Shown: positions 18,184 to 28,178, counted from the stretch's first letter. The stretch is DNA of 54,432 bases from an uncultured Elusimicrobium sp. (GCA_964442585.1 CAYUAA010000001.1:1-54432), one strand, 5' to 3'. A program made the numbers and translations. The notes: a model not told the origin generated them from the letters alone.

Positions 18184-19536
18184 TTATTCTTTAGGCTGAA
18201 TTTGGCGTAAAAGGCGGTTAAATTCTTTTACTTGTGGGTTGGTAAGTACGTCCCCGGGCAGTAAAGGCGTTTTTAAAAAAAGCCCGTCAATAGAGCGGAT
18301 ACGGCTTAGCGCTACGTATAATTGCCCGGCTTCCCACGCGCCGCGGGTTCCCAAGTCAATACATCCGCGCTCTAGTGTAATCCCTTGCGATTTATGAATC
18401 GTCATCGCCCATGCTAAACGCAAAGGGAATTGGGTGTAGAAGGTGTCCGGGTCGGGTACTTGTTCGTTGCGCTCGTTCATTTTTATTTTTTGCCAAGTGT
18501 TGCGCCGGATTTCAAAAACGCCTTTTTCCGTTTGTACGGAGATACTGGTTATTTCGTTGTGTTCCAAGTGAATATCGGTAATGGTGCCCGTAGTGCCGTT
18601 CATATAGGTGCCGACGGAGTCGTTTTTTAACAGCATAACAAACGCTCCTTTTTTTAGCGGCAGCAGTTTGGGCGGCAAGCCGGAGGTGTTATTCCAATTT
18701 GTCTTTTTATCTATAATAGCCCGCGCGTAACAGGTTTCTCCCGGCAGTTCGCTAAGCCGCTGGAAGTTAAGCGCTTCGGCTTCCCAGTTGCGGGGGCAAA
18801 GTACGGTGGCTTGCGGCGGGTATTGGGGCGTAAGGCGTTGGTTAAAAAATGCCAGTGCTTCTTCAATATGCTGGGGGTCTTCTTCCCGAATCGTGTTTAG
18901 GTGGCGGACAAACTCCAAATCCTGCCCTTGACGAAATACGTGTGTAAACTCCACTGGATGAAAATTCCCGGCTGCAAAATTAGTAGAAAAGAAGCAAAAA
19001 GGGTGATCTGGCCCGTAGGTGTGTTTGAAACGTAAGGTTTGCCAGTCGTTTGGATCGTCCGTTACTACGGGGGGCAGTTGGTAAAAATCGCCCACCAATA
19101 TAATTTGTTTCCCGCCAAAGGGGGCGTCGCTTCTAAAAATTTGTTTCAGGCGGAGGTTGATAGCATCCAACAAATCGGCGCGCACCATAGAAATTTCGTC
19201 AATAATAAACGTATTGATGGAGCTTAAACGGCGCTGCAGCGATTGGAGTTTGGTTTTGTTAAGCGGTTCCTCGTAATTAAAGGGGTTAATTTGCAGGCAG
19301 GAGAATGCCGTTTGTCCTTGTACGGTGAGGGCCGAGATGCCCGTGGGGGTTAATACCGCAATATTGGCATACAAAAATTGGGAGTAGGCAAAGTATTTTT
19401 GTTTGATGTAGGTAATAAACGAGCTTTTCCCGGTACCGGGTTTACCGTGGATAAAAACATTTTTGCCCTTGCAAATTAGGTTTTCGGCGTATTTAAATTC
19501 GGGGGTGATTTCCAAATTGGTTGTATTATCAAGCAT
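18184..19536 (-). CDS. Pif1/RecD-like SF1B DNA helicase
   Basis: GKPGTGKS, DEISMV, PFGGKQIILVGDFYQLPPV, FPLRLAWAMTIHKSQG, GQLYVALSR. Confidence 0.93.
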   Translation of the reverse strand: MLDNTTNLEITPEFKYAENLICKGKNVFIHGKPGTGKSSFITYIKQKYFAYSQFLYANIAVLTPTGISALTVQGQTAFSCLQINPFNYEEPLNKTKLQSLQRRLSSINTFIIDEISMVRADLLDAINLRLKQIFRSDAPFGGKQIILVGDFYQLPPVVTDDPNDWQTLRFKHTYGPDHPFCFFSTNFAAGNFHPVEFTHVFRQGQDLEFVRHLNTIREEDPQHIEEALAFFNQRLTPQYPPQATVLCPRNWEAEALNFQRLSELPGETCYARAIIDKKTNWNNTSGLPPKLLPLKKGAFVMLLKNDSVGTYMNGTTGTITDIHLEHNEITSISVQTEKGVFEIRRNTWQKIKMNERNEQVPDPDTFYTQFPLRLAWAMTIHKSQGITLERGCIDLGTRGAWEAGQLYVALSRIRSIDGLFLKTPLLPGDVLTNPQVKEFNRLLRQIQPKE

Positions 19537-19548
19537 TCATTATTTCCT

Positions 19549-20346
19549 CTATAGCAAGTTTGAGAACTGATGTTTGCCCTCGTTATACGCCAAAGGCAGG
19601 CAAAAAGTCTGTCCCAGCGTGTTTTTGTAGGAGGTAAGTTCGTAAATAACTTGTTGATTTTTGACGGTAACTTGTAAATTAAGCACTAAATCGGCCAGTT
19701 GCAGCCCCTCGGAGCGAATGACACCATCCAGCGTGTTTTGCTCCGTTTCCAACCAAATCAAATGAGTCTGCCGGGCTTGTTCGGCCTGCTGTTTTAGATT
19801 ATTTAGGATAAACATCGTTTGTGTTTGCCTGTCTTCAGCCGAATTGGATGGATAGAATGCGTCTAACGAGGATACAACCCATAATTTGTCGGTTGTAGGT
19901 TCTGTTGGGGTGAGGCAGAGCGTAGTGCCCGGTTTGGGCCAGGTAACTGTAAGGGGAAATTTTTTAAGCCTGTTTAGCGTGTTTTGTATGGCGGATAATT
20001 GCTCTTGCGTTAAATTTCCCGTTTTTAGATCTTCCCAGGTTACGTTATGGTGCCGTAAGCAGTAATAGGGGATAAAATCTTCCGCTTCTTGCGGCGTGGC
20101 AAAATAGCGGCTGCTGATTTGCTGTTCTAACGCCCTAAAGAGGATTTCCCGTAAAAAATCCTGCGGGTGGCTTTGGCCGTTGCCTGCAAGCAGAATTTGG
20201 CGGTAGCAGGGGAGCGCGTCCAGTAAGTCCGCCAAAGACGAAATGGTTGTATGTTTCTTTTGGGCTTGGTTGCGATAATAGTTTTTTAGTAAATTCGTTT
20301 GGTTTTTAGCGGCCAGTTCCGCCAGCGTCTGATTATTTATATTCAT
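19549..20346 (-). CDS. Degenerate DnaB C-terminal-like protein
   Basis: LKTGNLTQEQLSAI..L...P, LKQQAEQ, LADLVL, K...G....L.Y.....F.NL echo DnaB; no Walker A; GGAGG RBS before MNINN. Confidence 0.55.
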   Translation of the reverse strand: MNINNQTLAELAAKNQTNLLKNYYRNQAQKKHTTISSLADLLDALPCYRQILLAGNGQSHPQDFLREILFRALEQQISSRYFATPQEAEDFIPYYCLRHHNVTWEDLKTGNLTQEQLSAIQNTLNRLKKFPLTVTWPKPGTTLCLTPTEPTTDKLWVVSSLDAFYPSNSAEDRQTQTMFILNNLKQQAEQARQTHLIWLETEQNTLDGVIRSEGLQLADLVLNLQVTVKNQQVIYELTSYKNTLGQTFCLPLAYNEGKHQFSNLL

Positions 20347-20365
20347 AAAAAAGCACCTCCCTATT

Positions 20366-20399
20366 ATTTTAATAGGGAGGTGCGACAACGTATTGACGC
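20366..20399 (-). promoter_or_regulatory. Island palindrome box 3 with -10
   Basis: GCGACAACGTATTGACGC (20382-20399); minus strand TGTCGC-N10-TAAAAT. Confidence 0.78.
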
Positions 20400-21629
20400 T
20401 TATTGTTTTAAATTGTTTTTTACATATTTTAATGCTATTTGAATATTGGGTTTCCAATGCTCCTCATATTGGTTAATAACTTTCTTAATTTTTTTATCTA
20501 TATCGCCTTGATTCCAAGTTCCACTTTTTATATTTTCAAGATCAAATTCAGAAATAAAATGGGGAAAACTTGCTATGGTTGTATATCTCTCTGTATTTCT
20601 AACTTTGCGGCTTGTGTCTAAGTTATTTCTAAAATAATCTACTAGTAAAGAGCGTGTATCTTCATTCGTTTGTGTTGAAGATATTAATAATAGACATCTA
20701 ATTTCATTATAACGCGGTTCAAACAAAATGCCTATATAACTGCCAGATTTTTTAAACAAAGAGTCTTTTTCATCAGGTGCTTGCAACTGTTTATATCTGC
20801 CAAATTCTTTAAGAGATAAGAGAATTTTTTTCTCTCCTTTTGTTTTGTATATATCGAATAAATTTTTATAATTTTCCAGAGCTTTCCCGATCATTTTCAT
20901 AGCATCGGAAACGGAGTCTTCGGAATCTGCATTATGCATAATATATTCTAATGCTTCACGATGGTTCTGATATAAGGATTTACAAAGTGTATTTAAAGTT
21001 TCATCACTCATAAGGATATACCTCTCTATTGTTGTTTTATATTGATGTAATAATTCTTTAATTGAATGAGATAAGGGATATTTGTAACAGTTTAATGTTT
21101 TGTTAACACAATTAAGAATGATATCATAATCCACTGATTTCCAAGTATCTATTTGGGCTTGTTCTCCGGATTTTGTTAAAAAGATAAGATATTTTTTGTA
21201 TTCTTTAAATTTTTTATCTAAATCCTTTGAATATCTTTTGAGTTGGTCTTTCCCTTGCTTTGATTGAATTTTATGTTCTATTGCATAAATTTCCTTTGCT
21301 TGGGAATCTAATAATAGCAAATCTAATCTGTTTTTATTGGAAGACCATTCTCTTTTTATCAATATATTAGAAAAATTTTTTGCATCTATCTCTATACTTC
21401 TTTCAGGAAAAGTTTCTTTTAAAAATTCCTTCAGGAAAAAATCTCTTAATCCATGAGATTCTTTAGGATTAAATAAAAAAGCTAAAAAATCAGAATGTTG
21501 ATTTTCTTTTGTTTTTAAATTTAATGCTTTAAAGACATTGAATTGATTTAAAAAGTATTCTAATTTTAAGAAATCTTCACTATTAATTAGCTTTTGAATG
21601 TCTTGTTTTATACATTTCGTATCGTCCAT
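20400..21629 (-). CDS. PD-(D/E)XK nuclease (PDDEXK_4-like)
   Basis: ENQHSDFLAFLFNPKESHGL, RLDLL, AIEHK, DQLKRY. Confidence 0.85.
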   Translation of the reverse strand: MDDTKCIKQDIQKLINSEDFLKLEYFLNQFNVFKALNLKTKENQHSDFLAFLFNPKESHGLRDFFLKEFLKETFPERSIEIDAKNFSNILIKREWSSNKNRLDLLLLDSQAKEIYAIEHKIQSKQGKDQLKRYSKDLDKKFKEYKKYLIFLTKSGEQAQIDTWKSVDYDIILNCVNKTLNCYKYPLSHSIKELLHQYKTTIERYILMSDETLNTLCKSLYQNHREALEYIMHNADSEDSVSDAMKMIGKALENYKNLFDIYKTKGEKKILLSLKEFGRYKQLQAPDEKDSLFKKSGSYIGILFEPRYNEIRCLLLISSTQTNEDTRSLLVDYFRNNLDTSRKVRNTERYTTIASFPHFISEFDLENIKSGTWNQGDIDKKIKKVINQYEEHWKPNIQIALKYVKNNLKQ

Positions 21630-21630
21630 T

Positions 21631-22548
21631 TTACACCTCCTCCAAATAATTTTTTAACTGCGTTTTTACTTTTTGCGCCAACTCTTGGGGCGCCAATACC
21701 TTTATCTCCGGGATCCAGTGGAAAATGGTGTGTTTTATCTCGTCTTCCCCTGTGGCGCGGCAGGTGATAATCAGCCGCCCGTCGGGGAGCTCTTGCTTCA
21801 CTTTTTGCATGGGAAAATAGTTCTTTACCTTGAAGTATTTGGCCGCTTGGGCGGATATTTCTAACTCTATCTCCAGTTCCCGCTTTTTATCAAACCAAAT
21901 GTTTGTTCCTTCGCGGATGATTTTTTCTATTTCGGCGTTGTATTTAAAAAACTTGCCTAATGCGGTGGCCGACGTAATCTTTTCCAGCCGGAATTTTAAC
22001 AGTTTGTCGTCGTCCGTCAGTGCCAAAAGATACCAAAATCCTTCCACCCACAGCAGTTTTAACGGGCGTACGGGGTAGCAGGCGCGTTTGCCGCCATCGT
22101 AACAGACGGTTACCTTTTCCCGCGCGCGGATACAGGCGCTTAATTCTTTGGTAATGGCGGTATCGGGGTATTCTTCTCCGCCGGAAAGTTTAATAAAAAA
22201 CGGACTGTCTTCCTCCGCCCCCAACAGGCGTTTTTTGAGTAAATCAAACGAATTTCCAAAAGACTGACCAAGCGATTTTGCCATCTCGCTCATAAACACA
22301 AGCATAGATGCTTCCTGCTCAGATAAGTGCGCTTTTTCTAACGAAAACCCTTCCATAAATGCATATTCTCCCGCGCGCGGGCAGTAGAGCGGAAAGTCCG
22401 CCTCTTGTATAGTGCGCATATCGCGCTGGAGCGTACGCAGAGAAACGCCTAACTCGTCCGCCATATCTGCCAGGCAGACGGGGCCTTTATCTAGGGCATT
22501 GAGTTCGTATAACAAACGGGTAATTTTGTTTTGCATTTCTTGTTGCAT
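21631..22548 (-). CDS. wHTH-WYL-WCX transcriptional regulator (PafC/YafY-like)
   Basis: ADELGVSLRTLQRD HTH; VRPLKL...FWYLLA...FRLEKI WYL domain; KVLAPQEL WCX; start MQQEM with AGAGG RBS. Confidence 0.93.
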   Translation of the reverse strand: MQQEMQNKITRLLYELNALDKGPVCLADMADELGVSLRTLQRDMRTIQEADFPLYCPRAGEYAFMEGFSLEKAHLSEQEASMLVFMSEMAKSLGQSFGNSFDLLKKRLLGAEEDSPFFIKLSGGEEYPDTAITKELSACIRAREKVTVCYDGGKRACYPVRPLKLLWVEGFWYLLALTDDDKLLKFRLEKITSATALGKFFKYNAEIEKIIREGTNIWFDKKRELEIELEISAQAAKYFKVKNYFPMQKVKQELPDGRLIITCRATGEDEIKHTIFHWIPEIKVLAPQELAQKVKTQLKNYLEEV

Positions 22549-22567
22549 ATAAAAACCTCTTTTCCTA

Positions 22568-22617
22568 ATGATAGCAGAAAATGGCGACAATAGGCTGTCG
22601 TTTGTGATTGTTAAACT
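22568..22617. promoter_or_regulatory. Island palindrome box 4, bidirectional (WYL gene / ClpX-like gene)
   Basis: GCGACAATAGGCTGTCGT (22584-22601); N10-TATCAT leftward and N10-TAAACT rightward. Confidence 0.82.
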
Positions 22618-22637
22618 GTATGAAACAGGAGAATTTT

Positions 22638-24089
22638 ATGAAAAACAAAGTAAAAATGAGTAAAGAAAAAAGATTTTCCGTCAAAAAAAGTGCTGTGGCG
22701 GAACTGATGCAGATTTGTATGTCTAACGAAAAAACCGAGTTACTGGATAAACTAATGGTTTGGCGCGAGAAATATCAAATGAAACGATCGGGTAAAGGAC
22801 TTCCTTTTACATTAGCGGAGTGGTTTTGTATTGGGTGGGCCACTTATCAGACCTTGCTAGGTAAAAAGTATGGCAGCAGCCGGCAACACTTAATAGAAGT
22901 ATTAATAGCGGGGGAAATTTGTTCTTTTACGCAGTTAAGAACTATTTTTGGCAAAGAAAATAATTTGTTTCGTAAGGGCGTCTTGGAGGAGACAAAAGAA
23001 GGCATCCGTATCACTTCTGCCTATTTTAACGGTATGCTTGGCTTTGTTTTGAGTGAAACGCTAGAGGCAGAGTCACAGTCCGGCCAGGAAGAAGACGACG
23101 AACGCCCCGCTCCAAAAGAAGCGTTTTCTGTTCCGCTTGACTTAGCCGAACAGGTAAAGCAATACGTTATTGGGCAAGACGAAGCGGTGGACTCTTTATG
23201 TGCTGCCGTGTACGAACATTTTGTGCGGGTTCAAACCGGTGTGTGTGAAAATAAAAACAATGTTCTTTTGTTAGGCCCGACGGGGACAGGTAAAACTTTT
23301 TTATGTAATACCGTAGCCAAACTGTTGGGCGTGCCGTTTTTGGATGTGAACATTACCCAGTATTCCCAGGCCGGCTATGTGGGGGCGGAGGTGCCTGATA
23401 TTTTGCACAGTCTGTGTGGTAAAGTCCCGGATATGCAGGATAATATATTTCCATTTAGTATCGTATACATTGACGAAATTGATAAACTGCGCAGTTTTAA
23501 TCAAGCTGGGCGGGACGTCAACGGCCGTGGTGTGCAGGAGGAACTTCTTAAATTATTGGAAAGTGCAGAATATACGTGTTCAGCGGGGCGGTTTTCTTCC
23601 CGTACAACATATGATATTTCCCGGGTATTGTTTGTTGCCGGAGGGGCTTTTGTAGGACTGAATGATATTGTTGCCAAGCGTACAAATGCCGGTGGTATTG
23701 GTTTTGCGGCAGCTAGAGTTAAGGCCTCGTGTGGCTCTTTTCAAACGCAGGATTTAGAGGAGTATGGCCTGCTGCCGGAATTGGTGGGCCGCTTTGGCGT
23801 GCGGGTGGCTTTAAAGCCGTTATCCGAACAAGAAATGATATCTATCTTAACTAATGGAAAAAATAACGTGCTGGCACAATATAAGCGGATGTTCGCCCAA
23901 GCAGGTATTTTGTTGGCGGTGCCGAAGCAAACGCTGGTTAAAATTGCCCGGTTGGGGATATCCTATCAAACGGGGGCGCGCGGGCTAAAAAATGTATTAA
24001 GCGGCTTATTGGGCCCGGCGTTGCTTGCCGCTAAAAAGGCGGGTAAAAAGCGTTTTGTATTAACTCCGCAAATGTTGGAGGGAAAATGA
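22638..24089 (+). CDS. ClpX-like AAA+ ATPase with non-canonical N-terminal domain
   Basis: VIGQDEA, GPTGTGKT, AGYVG, IDEIDK, GVQ..LLK, IGF loop, PELVGR, TGARGL; no C4 zinc finger. Confidence 0.88.
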   Translation: MKNKVKMSKEKRFSVKKSAVAELMQICMSNEKTELLDKLMVWREKYQMKRSGKGLPFTLAEWFCIGWATYQTLLGKKYGSSRQHLIEVLIAGEICSFTQLRTIFGKENNLFRKGVLEETKEGIRITSAYFNGMLGFVLSETLEAESQSGQEEDDERPAPKEAFSVPLDLAEQVKQYVIGQDEAVDSLCAAVYEHFVRVQTGVCENKNNVLLLGPTGTGKTFLCNTVAKLLGVPFLDVNITQYSQAGYVGAEVPDILHSLCGKVPDMQDNIFPFSIVYIDEIDKLRSFNQAGRDVNGRGVQEELLKLLESAEYTCSAGRFSSRTTYDISRVLFVAGGAFVGLNDIVAKRTNAGGIGFAAARVKASCGSFQTQDLEEYGLLPELVGRFGVRVALKPLSEQEMISILTNGKNNVLAQYKRMFAQAGILLAVPKQTLVKIARLGISYQTGARGLKNVLSGLLGPALLAAKKAGKKRFVLTPQMLEGK

Positions 24090-24853
24090 TAACTATTCAA
24101 GAACAATTATCTAATTTTGAAATGAAATGTGAAAATACCTTTGATAAACGAAAACAAAAGACTCCGGCTGGAATTAAAGTTCCTATCCCCGCGTTGGAAG
24201 ATGTCTTTGTAGAATTTCGCGCTGGAGAACGATATCTGTTTGGCGGGGAGTGGGGCGTCTCTTATTTGCGTAATTTATTATTGTGGCAGTTAGCGAAGCA
24301 GGGGAGTTGTATTTACATAACTTCTTCCCGTCTGCACTTTGAAATGGATTTTTTGGATTTATTGCAGAAGGAAAGTGGGGTGCCGTCTTGGCATATTGCC
24401 AATGGATGTTTTGGCAAAGGGGAACAGCGTAGTATATTAGAAGCGTTAGAAAGAATACGCTCGTGGAACGTTACTTGGTTGGAAGCGAGAGAAATGGGGG
24501 AGTGCACAGACGTTGCGGAAAAACCTTATTTCCATTTTTCTTATATTCAAAAAAATGATATTTTTAGATTAAAATCCGATAAAAACGCTGTTAATTTCTT
24601 TTTTGTACAAGGAAATATCCCTCCTTATAGAAAAGAGGACTTTTGCTGTTGCCACAATACTTTACGTTTCTCAAATACGATAGCGGAGTATTTTTGTTAT
24701 TCTCAAAGTTATGTTAATCCGGGGAATCAGCAGCTTGTTAATGTGCTGTTGCGAGATACCAATCGGTTAAAAAAACGGGATGGTGCAATTCTTTTAGATG
24801 GATTGGGCCGCTCTATGGGGTCTGCAATCTGCGAAGCAGAGGATATTGTATGA
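24086..24853 (+). CDS. Degenerate DnaB-like protein
   Basis: GIKVPIPALEDVFVEFRAGERYLFGG resembles the DnaB segment before Walker A; ESGVPSWHIANGCF; no GKT. Confidence 0.5.
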   Translation: MITIQEQLSNFEMKCENTFDKRKQKTPAGIKVPIPALEDVFVEFRAGERYLFGGEWGVSYLRNLLLWQLAKQGSCIYITSSRLHFEMDFLDLLQKESGVPSWHIANGCFGKGEQRSILEALERIRSWNVTWLEAREMGECTDVAEKPYFHFSYIQKNDIFRLKSDKNAVNFFFVQGNIPPYRKEDFCCCHNTLRFSNTIAEYFCYSQSYVNPGNQQLVNVLLRDTNRLKKRDGAILLDGLGRSMGSAICEAEDIV

Positions 24854-25029
24854 CAAATAATAAACTGCCGTTCCCCAAAGGAACTAAAGTTAAAGCTGGG
24901 TTTCGCTGGGATAATATTGGCAAAGTTGTAGATTGTGAAGGAGATGAATATACACTTACTCCAGTAGGGAACAATATGGTTCGTATGGTTGGGGATGATA
25001 TGATTATACTGTTCCAACGCAGTAAGTAG
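24850..25029 (+). CDS. 59-aa small protein, possibly SH3/KOW-like (not in ORF track)
   Basis: MTNNKLPFPKGTKVKAGFRWDNIGKVVDCEGDEYTLTPVGNNMVRMVGDDMIILFQRSK; ATGA overlap; hairpin follows. Confidence 0.65.
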   Translation: MTNNKLPFPKGTKVKAGFRWDNIGKVVDCEGDEYTLTPVGNNMVRMVGDDMIILFQRSK

Positions 25030-25061
25030 AGGGGGCTAAAGCTCCCCCGTATATGGAATTT

Positions 25062-28000
25062 CTATTTAATTTCTACCACTTGGCCGCTGACAGGGCAGTA
25101 AACCAGCCGCGCCAGCACCGTGCGGCCTGCCTGCTCTAAAGCGCGTGTGTAGCAGTTAAATTGCCCGGCGTAGTGGCCCGCATAGTGTTTATTTTGCGGG
25201 TCTAGCACGGTGTTATCCGCGCCGGGATAGGTTTTGTAATCCACCAGCACGCAGCCTTGCGGCGTTTGGTAGACAAGGTCCATACTGCCCGTAAAAATCT
25301 GGCCGTTTTCGGTGTATTTAAAACCCATTTCGCGGCAGATTATGTCGGCTTTGCCGTAAATTTGCGCCAAATAGTCCAGTAAGTTTTTATGGGCGGTTTC
25401 GATAGCGGCGCTGTCGGGCAGTTGGGTTTCTAAACCGTGGGCGCGGATTATTTGGGCCGCCGGAATTTTTGCATTTTCCGTACAAAAAATTTGATGAATA
25501 CACGTGCCTACCGCCTGCATATCAACCGTTCCCGGCCCCAGCGCAATCCGCACGCCAAATTGTTTTTTCAGCACCGCGTCCGCTGTAGATGTTTGTTTGC
25601 TGGGCTGTTGGTCGCGCAAGGCAAACGCCGTTTGCCCGCTAGGCCATTTTAGCACGACGGGTTCTTCTTCCGGGCGGATGAACGCTTCGCTTTCCTCGGC
25701 GCTAATTGCTGGCAGCAGGTTAAAGGGGATGCCGGTGCCTAATAAATCTTCGGCAGGGGCGTCCGTCGGTGCGTTGGTTTCGAGCCCCAGTTGGGTGAAC
25801 CATTTCAGCGGTTCTTTGCCCGTTAAAGCAAATAACATTTTATTTTTGGCGCGTGTCATACCCACATATAACAAACGGGCCGATTCGGCTAAAATCCGTT
25901 GACGGGCGGTGTTAAATTGCGGCATTTCTATAATCGCGGGTTTGATTGTTTCGGGCACTTTCTTTTTGGCGCCAAACAGCCAGGGCAGAAACGTAATAAG
26001 CCGCGGGGGGTACAAATTATCAGCCCCCGGCTGTTGTATGCCAAAACTGTGTACGCCGTAAATTTCTTGCAGGATGAGTTTATCTTCGTGGGTCGGGTCG
26101 TCATCAAGCGAACATAAAACTACCGTATCCCATTGTAAGCCTTTAGAGGTGTGGTACGTTTGTAGTTGGATGCCCTGTCCGTCCTCGGCTACGGGCGGTT
26201 CTAGCAGGGTTAAGTAATCGATAAAACCCGTTGGCGTGGACGCAAGCGTAAGCTGCAGGCAATGGTCTTCGTACTGAACGGCTAAATCAGCCAGTAATTG
26301 CAAGTTGGCTAAGCGTTGGGAGCCGCGGCCCCAGCTGCGTACGATAGCGGGTAAATCCAGTTCCGTAATGACCGTTGAAATAAGGCCGCCTACCGACTGC
26401 TGTTGCCAAACGGGCCGTTTTTCCAAAATCGTTTGAATAATGGGCAGGTGCGTCAGCCACGCTTGTTTTTCGGCGGACAAGTCGTCATCCCATTGCAGTT
26501 TGTCGTCCAAAATCGTTCCCACCGAGTACCCGGGTTCCGTTAAAAAAGCGATTTTTGCCTTGGCTAAATTATTTTGAGGGTCTACCAAAAGCGATAAAAC
26601 AGCCGTCAGTAACTCGGTTTCTTTGTATTCGGCCAGTTTGCCGCCTGCGCGGCTGACGGGCAACCCGTAGGTTTGGGTTAAAAATTCGGCCAGCGTATCC
26701 AATGTGTTGTTTTTGCGCGCCAGGACGGCAATGTCTTTCGCGTCGGTGGTTTGGGCCAGTTGGGCTATTTGTGCGGCCAATGCTTTTAGATACACTTTGT
26801 CGGTTCTGCCGTCATAGGGAAGGTTCCAATAGCCAAGAAATCCGCTGCCTTCTTCTTGGGGATTGCGGCCTACTTGTAACTGGATTTGGCGGGTTGGAAT
26901 TTGCGGCGTAAACACGCGCGTAAATACATGGTTGACCGTTTCCACCAATTTGGCGAGAGAGCGGTAAGAGGTGTCCAGCGTATCGGTTTGGCAGTCGTGC
27001 GCTCCTGTGGAGATAATATCGCTGACGGCCTGGGTCAGTTCGGTATCGCTGCCGCGAAAGCCGTAAATGGCTTGTTTGGTGTCGCCTACCCAAATGGAGC
27101 CTTGCATCAGTTCGGAAAGACGCTCAAATATCTTTACCTGGATGGGGGAACAGTCCTGAAATTCGTCCACAAACAGGTATTTATAACTGGACTGGATTTC
27201 AGCGGCCACTTCAGGCAGGTGTAATAAGTCCAGCATATATTTTTCCATATCGTTGTAGTCCAGCAGTTGCTTGTCTCGTTTGTAATCGGCAAATTGTTTT
27301 TTCCAGCGTGCGGCCAATGTAAACAGCAAGTTGACAAATTTTTCCTGCCAGGGGTATATTTCGCGGCTGTGCCATAGCAGGGCCAAATCTTGCTCGGCCT
27401 CGGTTAGGACGGATTCCTTTTTGTGATAGTTTTTAGGCAGTTCGGCTAAAAAGGACGATACGTCAAACAGCCAACCGATGGTGGTTTTATTGTCTTGCGA
27501 CAGCAGACGGGAAATATTCTGCAAGCGCTCCTGCGCGGCGGCAGAGGGTTTGGCCTGCCCGATTAGTTGCCTGGTTTTTTCCAGTGCGCTGACGTAAAGC
27601 GCGGTGTTTGACGGTAAACTGACAGACGCAGGATATATGTCTTTGATAAGCTCCAACGATTTTTGGCGGCTGGGTTCCAAATCGTCTATTTGGTACGATA
27701 CGGCGTTTTCCAAAATGCGGCCCAGCGGTTTTTTCCAAAAATCTTCCGGGAGCTCTTGGTAGCCGGAGTGCAAGTTAAATTCGGTGCGGAACTGGTGCAA
27801 AAAGTCCATTTCCTCCGGCGTAGGCAGGCCGGCGAGCGATTGGTTTCGGTAAAAGGCTAAATCTTCCTCGGCCAGTACGCCCATTTGGGGGCTTAAACCC
27901 AAATAGAACCAGTATTTGTTGATAAACGCGTTGGCTATGCCGTGTACGGTGCCGATCATCGCTTCGTCTAGTTGGGCGGCGGCTTCGTGCAGGTTCTGGG

Positions 28001-28178
28001 CGTATAATTCGCCTTGGGCTTTTTCTTTTAATTCGGCGGCCGCCTGGTTGGTAAACGTGGTTAAAATCACTTGGTTGGCGCGAACTTGGCCTTGCGAAAT
28101 CATTTTGGCAAGGCGTTTGGTAAGGGTGTAGGTTTTGCCGCTTCCGGCGCTGGCGCTGATGTAAGTAATGTTTTTCAT
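25062..28178 (-). CDS. AddA/RecB-like UvrD helicase-nuclease
   Basis: ASAGSGKT, VDEFQD, VGDTKQAIYGFRG, HTSKGLQWD, RLLYVGMTRAK, GSMDLV..LVDYKT. Confidence 0.9.
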   Translation of the reverse strand: MKNITYISASAGSGKTYTLTKRLAKMISQGQVRANQVILTTFTNQAAAELKEKAQGELYAQNLHEAAAQLDEAMIGTVHGIANAFINKYWFYLGLSPQMGVLAEEDLAFYRNQSLAGLPTPEEMDFLHQFRTEFNLHSGYQELPEDFWKKPLGRILENAVSYQIDDLEPSRQKSLELIKDIYPASVSLPSNTALYVSALEKTRQLIGQAKPSAAAQERLQNISRLLSQDNKTTIGWLFDVSSFLAELPKNYHKKESVLTEAEQDLALLWHSREIYPWQEKFVNLLFTLAARWKKQFADYKRDKQLLDYNDMEKYMLDLLHLPEVAAEIQSSYKYLFVDEFQDCSPIQVKIFERLSELMQGSIWVGDTKQAIYGFRGSDTELTQAVSDIISTGAHDCQTDTLDTSYRSLAKLVETVNHVFTRVFTPQIPTRQIQLQVGRNPQEEGSGFLGYWNLPYDGRTDKVYLKALAAQIAQLAQTTDAKDIAVLARKNNTLDTLAEFLTQTYGLPVSRAGGKLAEYKETELLTAVLSLLVDPQNNLAKAKIAFLTEPGYSVGTILDDKLQWDDDLSAEKQAWLTHLPIIQTILEKRPVWQQQSVGGLISTVITELDLPAIVRSWGRGSQRLANLQLLADLAVQYEDHCLQLTLASTPTGFIDYLTLLEPPVAEDGQGIQLQTYHTSKGLQWDTVVLCSLDDDPTHEDKLILQEIYGVHSFGIQQPGADNLYPPRLITFLPWLFGAKKKVPETIKPAIIEMPQFNTARQRILAESARLLYVGMTRAKNKMLFALTGKEPLKWFTQLGLETNAPTDAPAEDLLGTGIPFNLLPAISAEESEAFIRPEEEPVVLKWPSGQTAFALRDQQPSKQTSTADAVLKKQFGVRIALGPGTVDMQAVGTCIHQIFCTENAKIPAAQIIRAHGLETQLPDSAAIETAHKNLLDYLAQIYGKADIICREMGFKYTENGQIFTGSMDLVYQTPQGCVLVDYKTYPGADNTVLDPQNKHYAGHYAGQFNCYTRALEQAGRTVLARLVYCPVSGQVVEIK

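Noticed and set aside
19549-22637. ORF-track starts at 20457, 22590 and 22608 (also 15414, 31598, 38117, 50169, 52432)
   Set aside because: These extensions run through promoters or neighbouring genes; downstream ATGs fit better with RBS, promoter position or signal peptides
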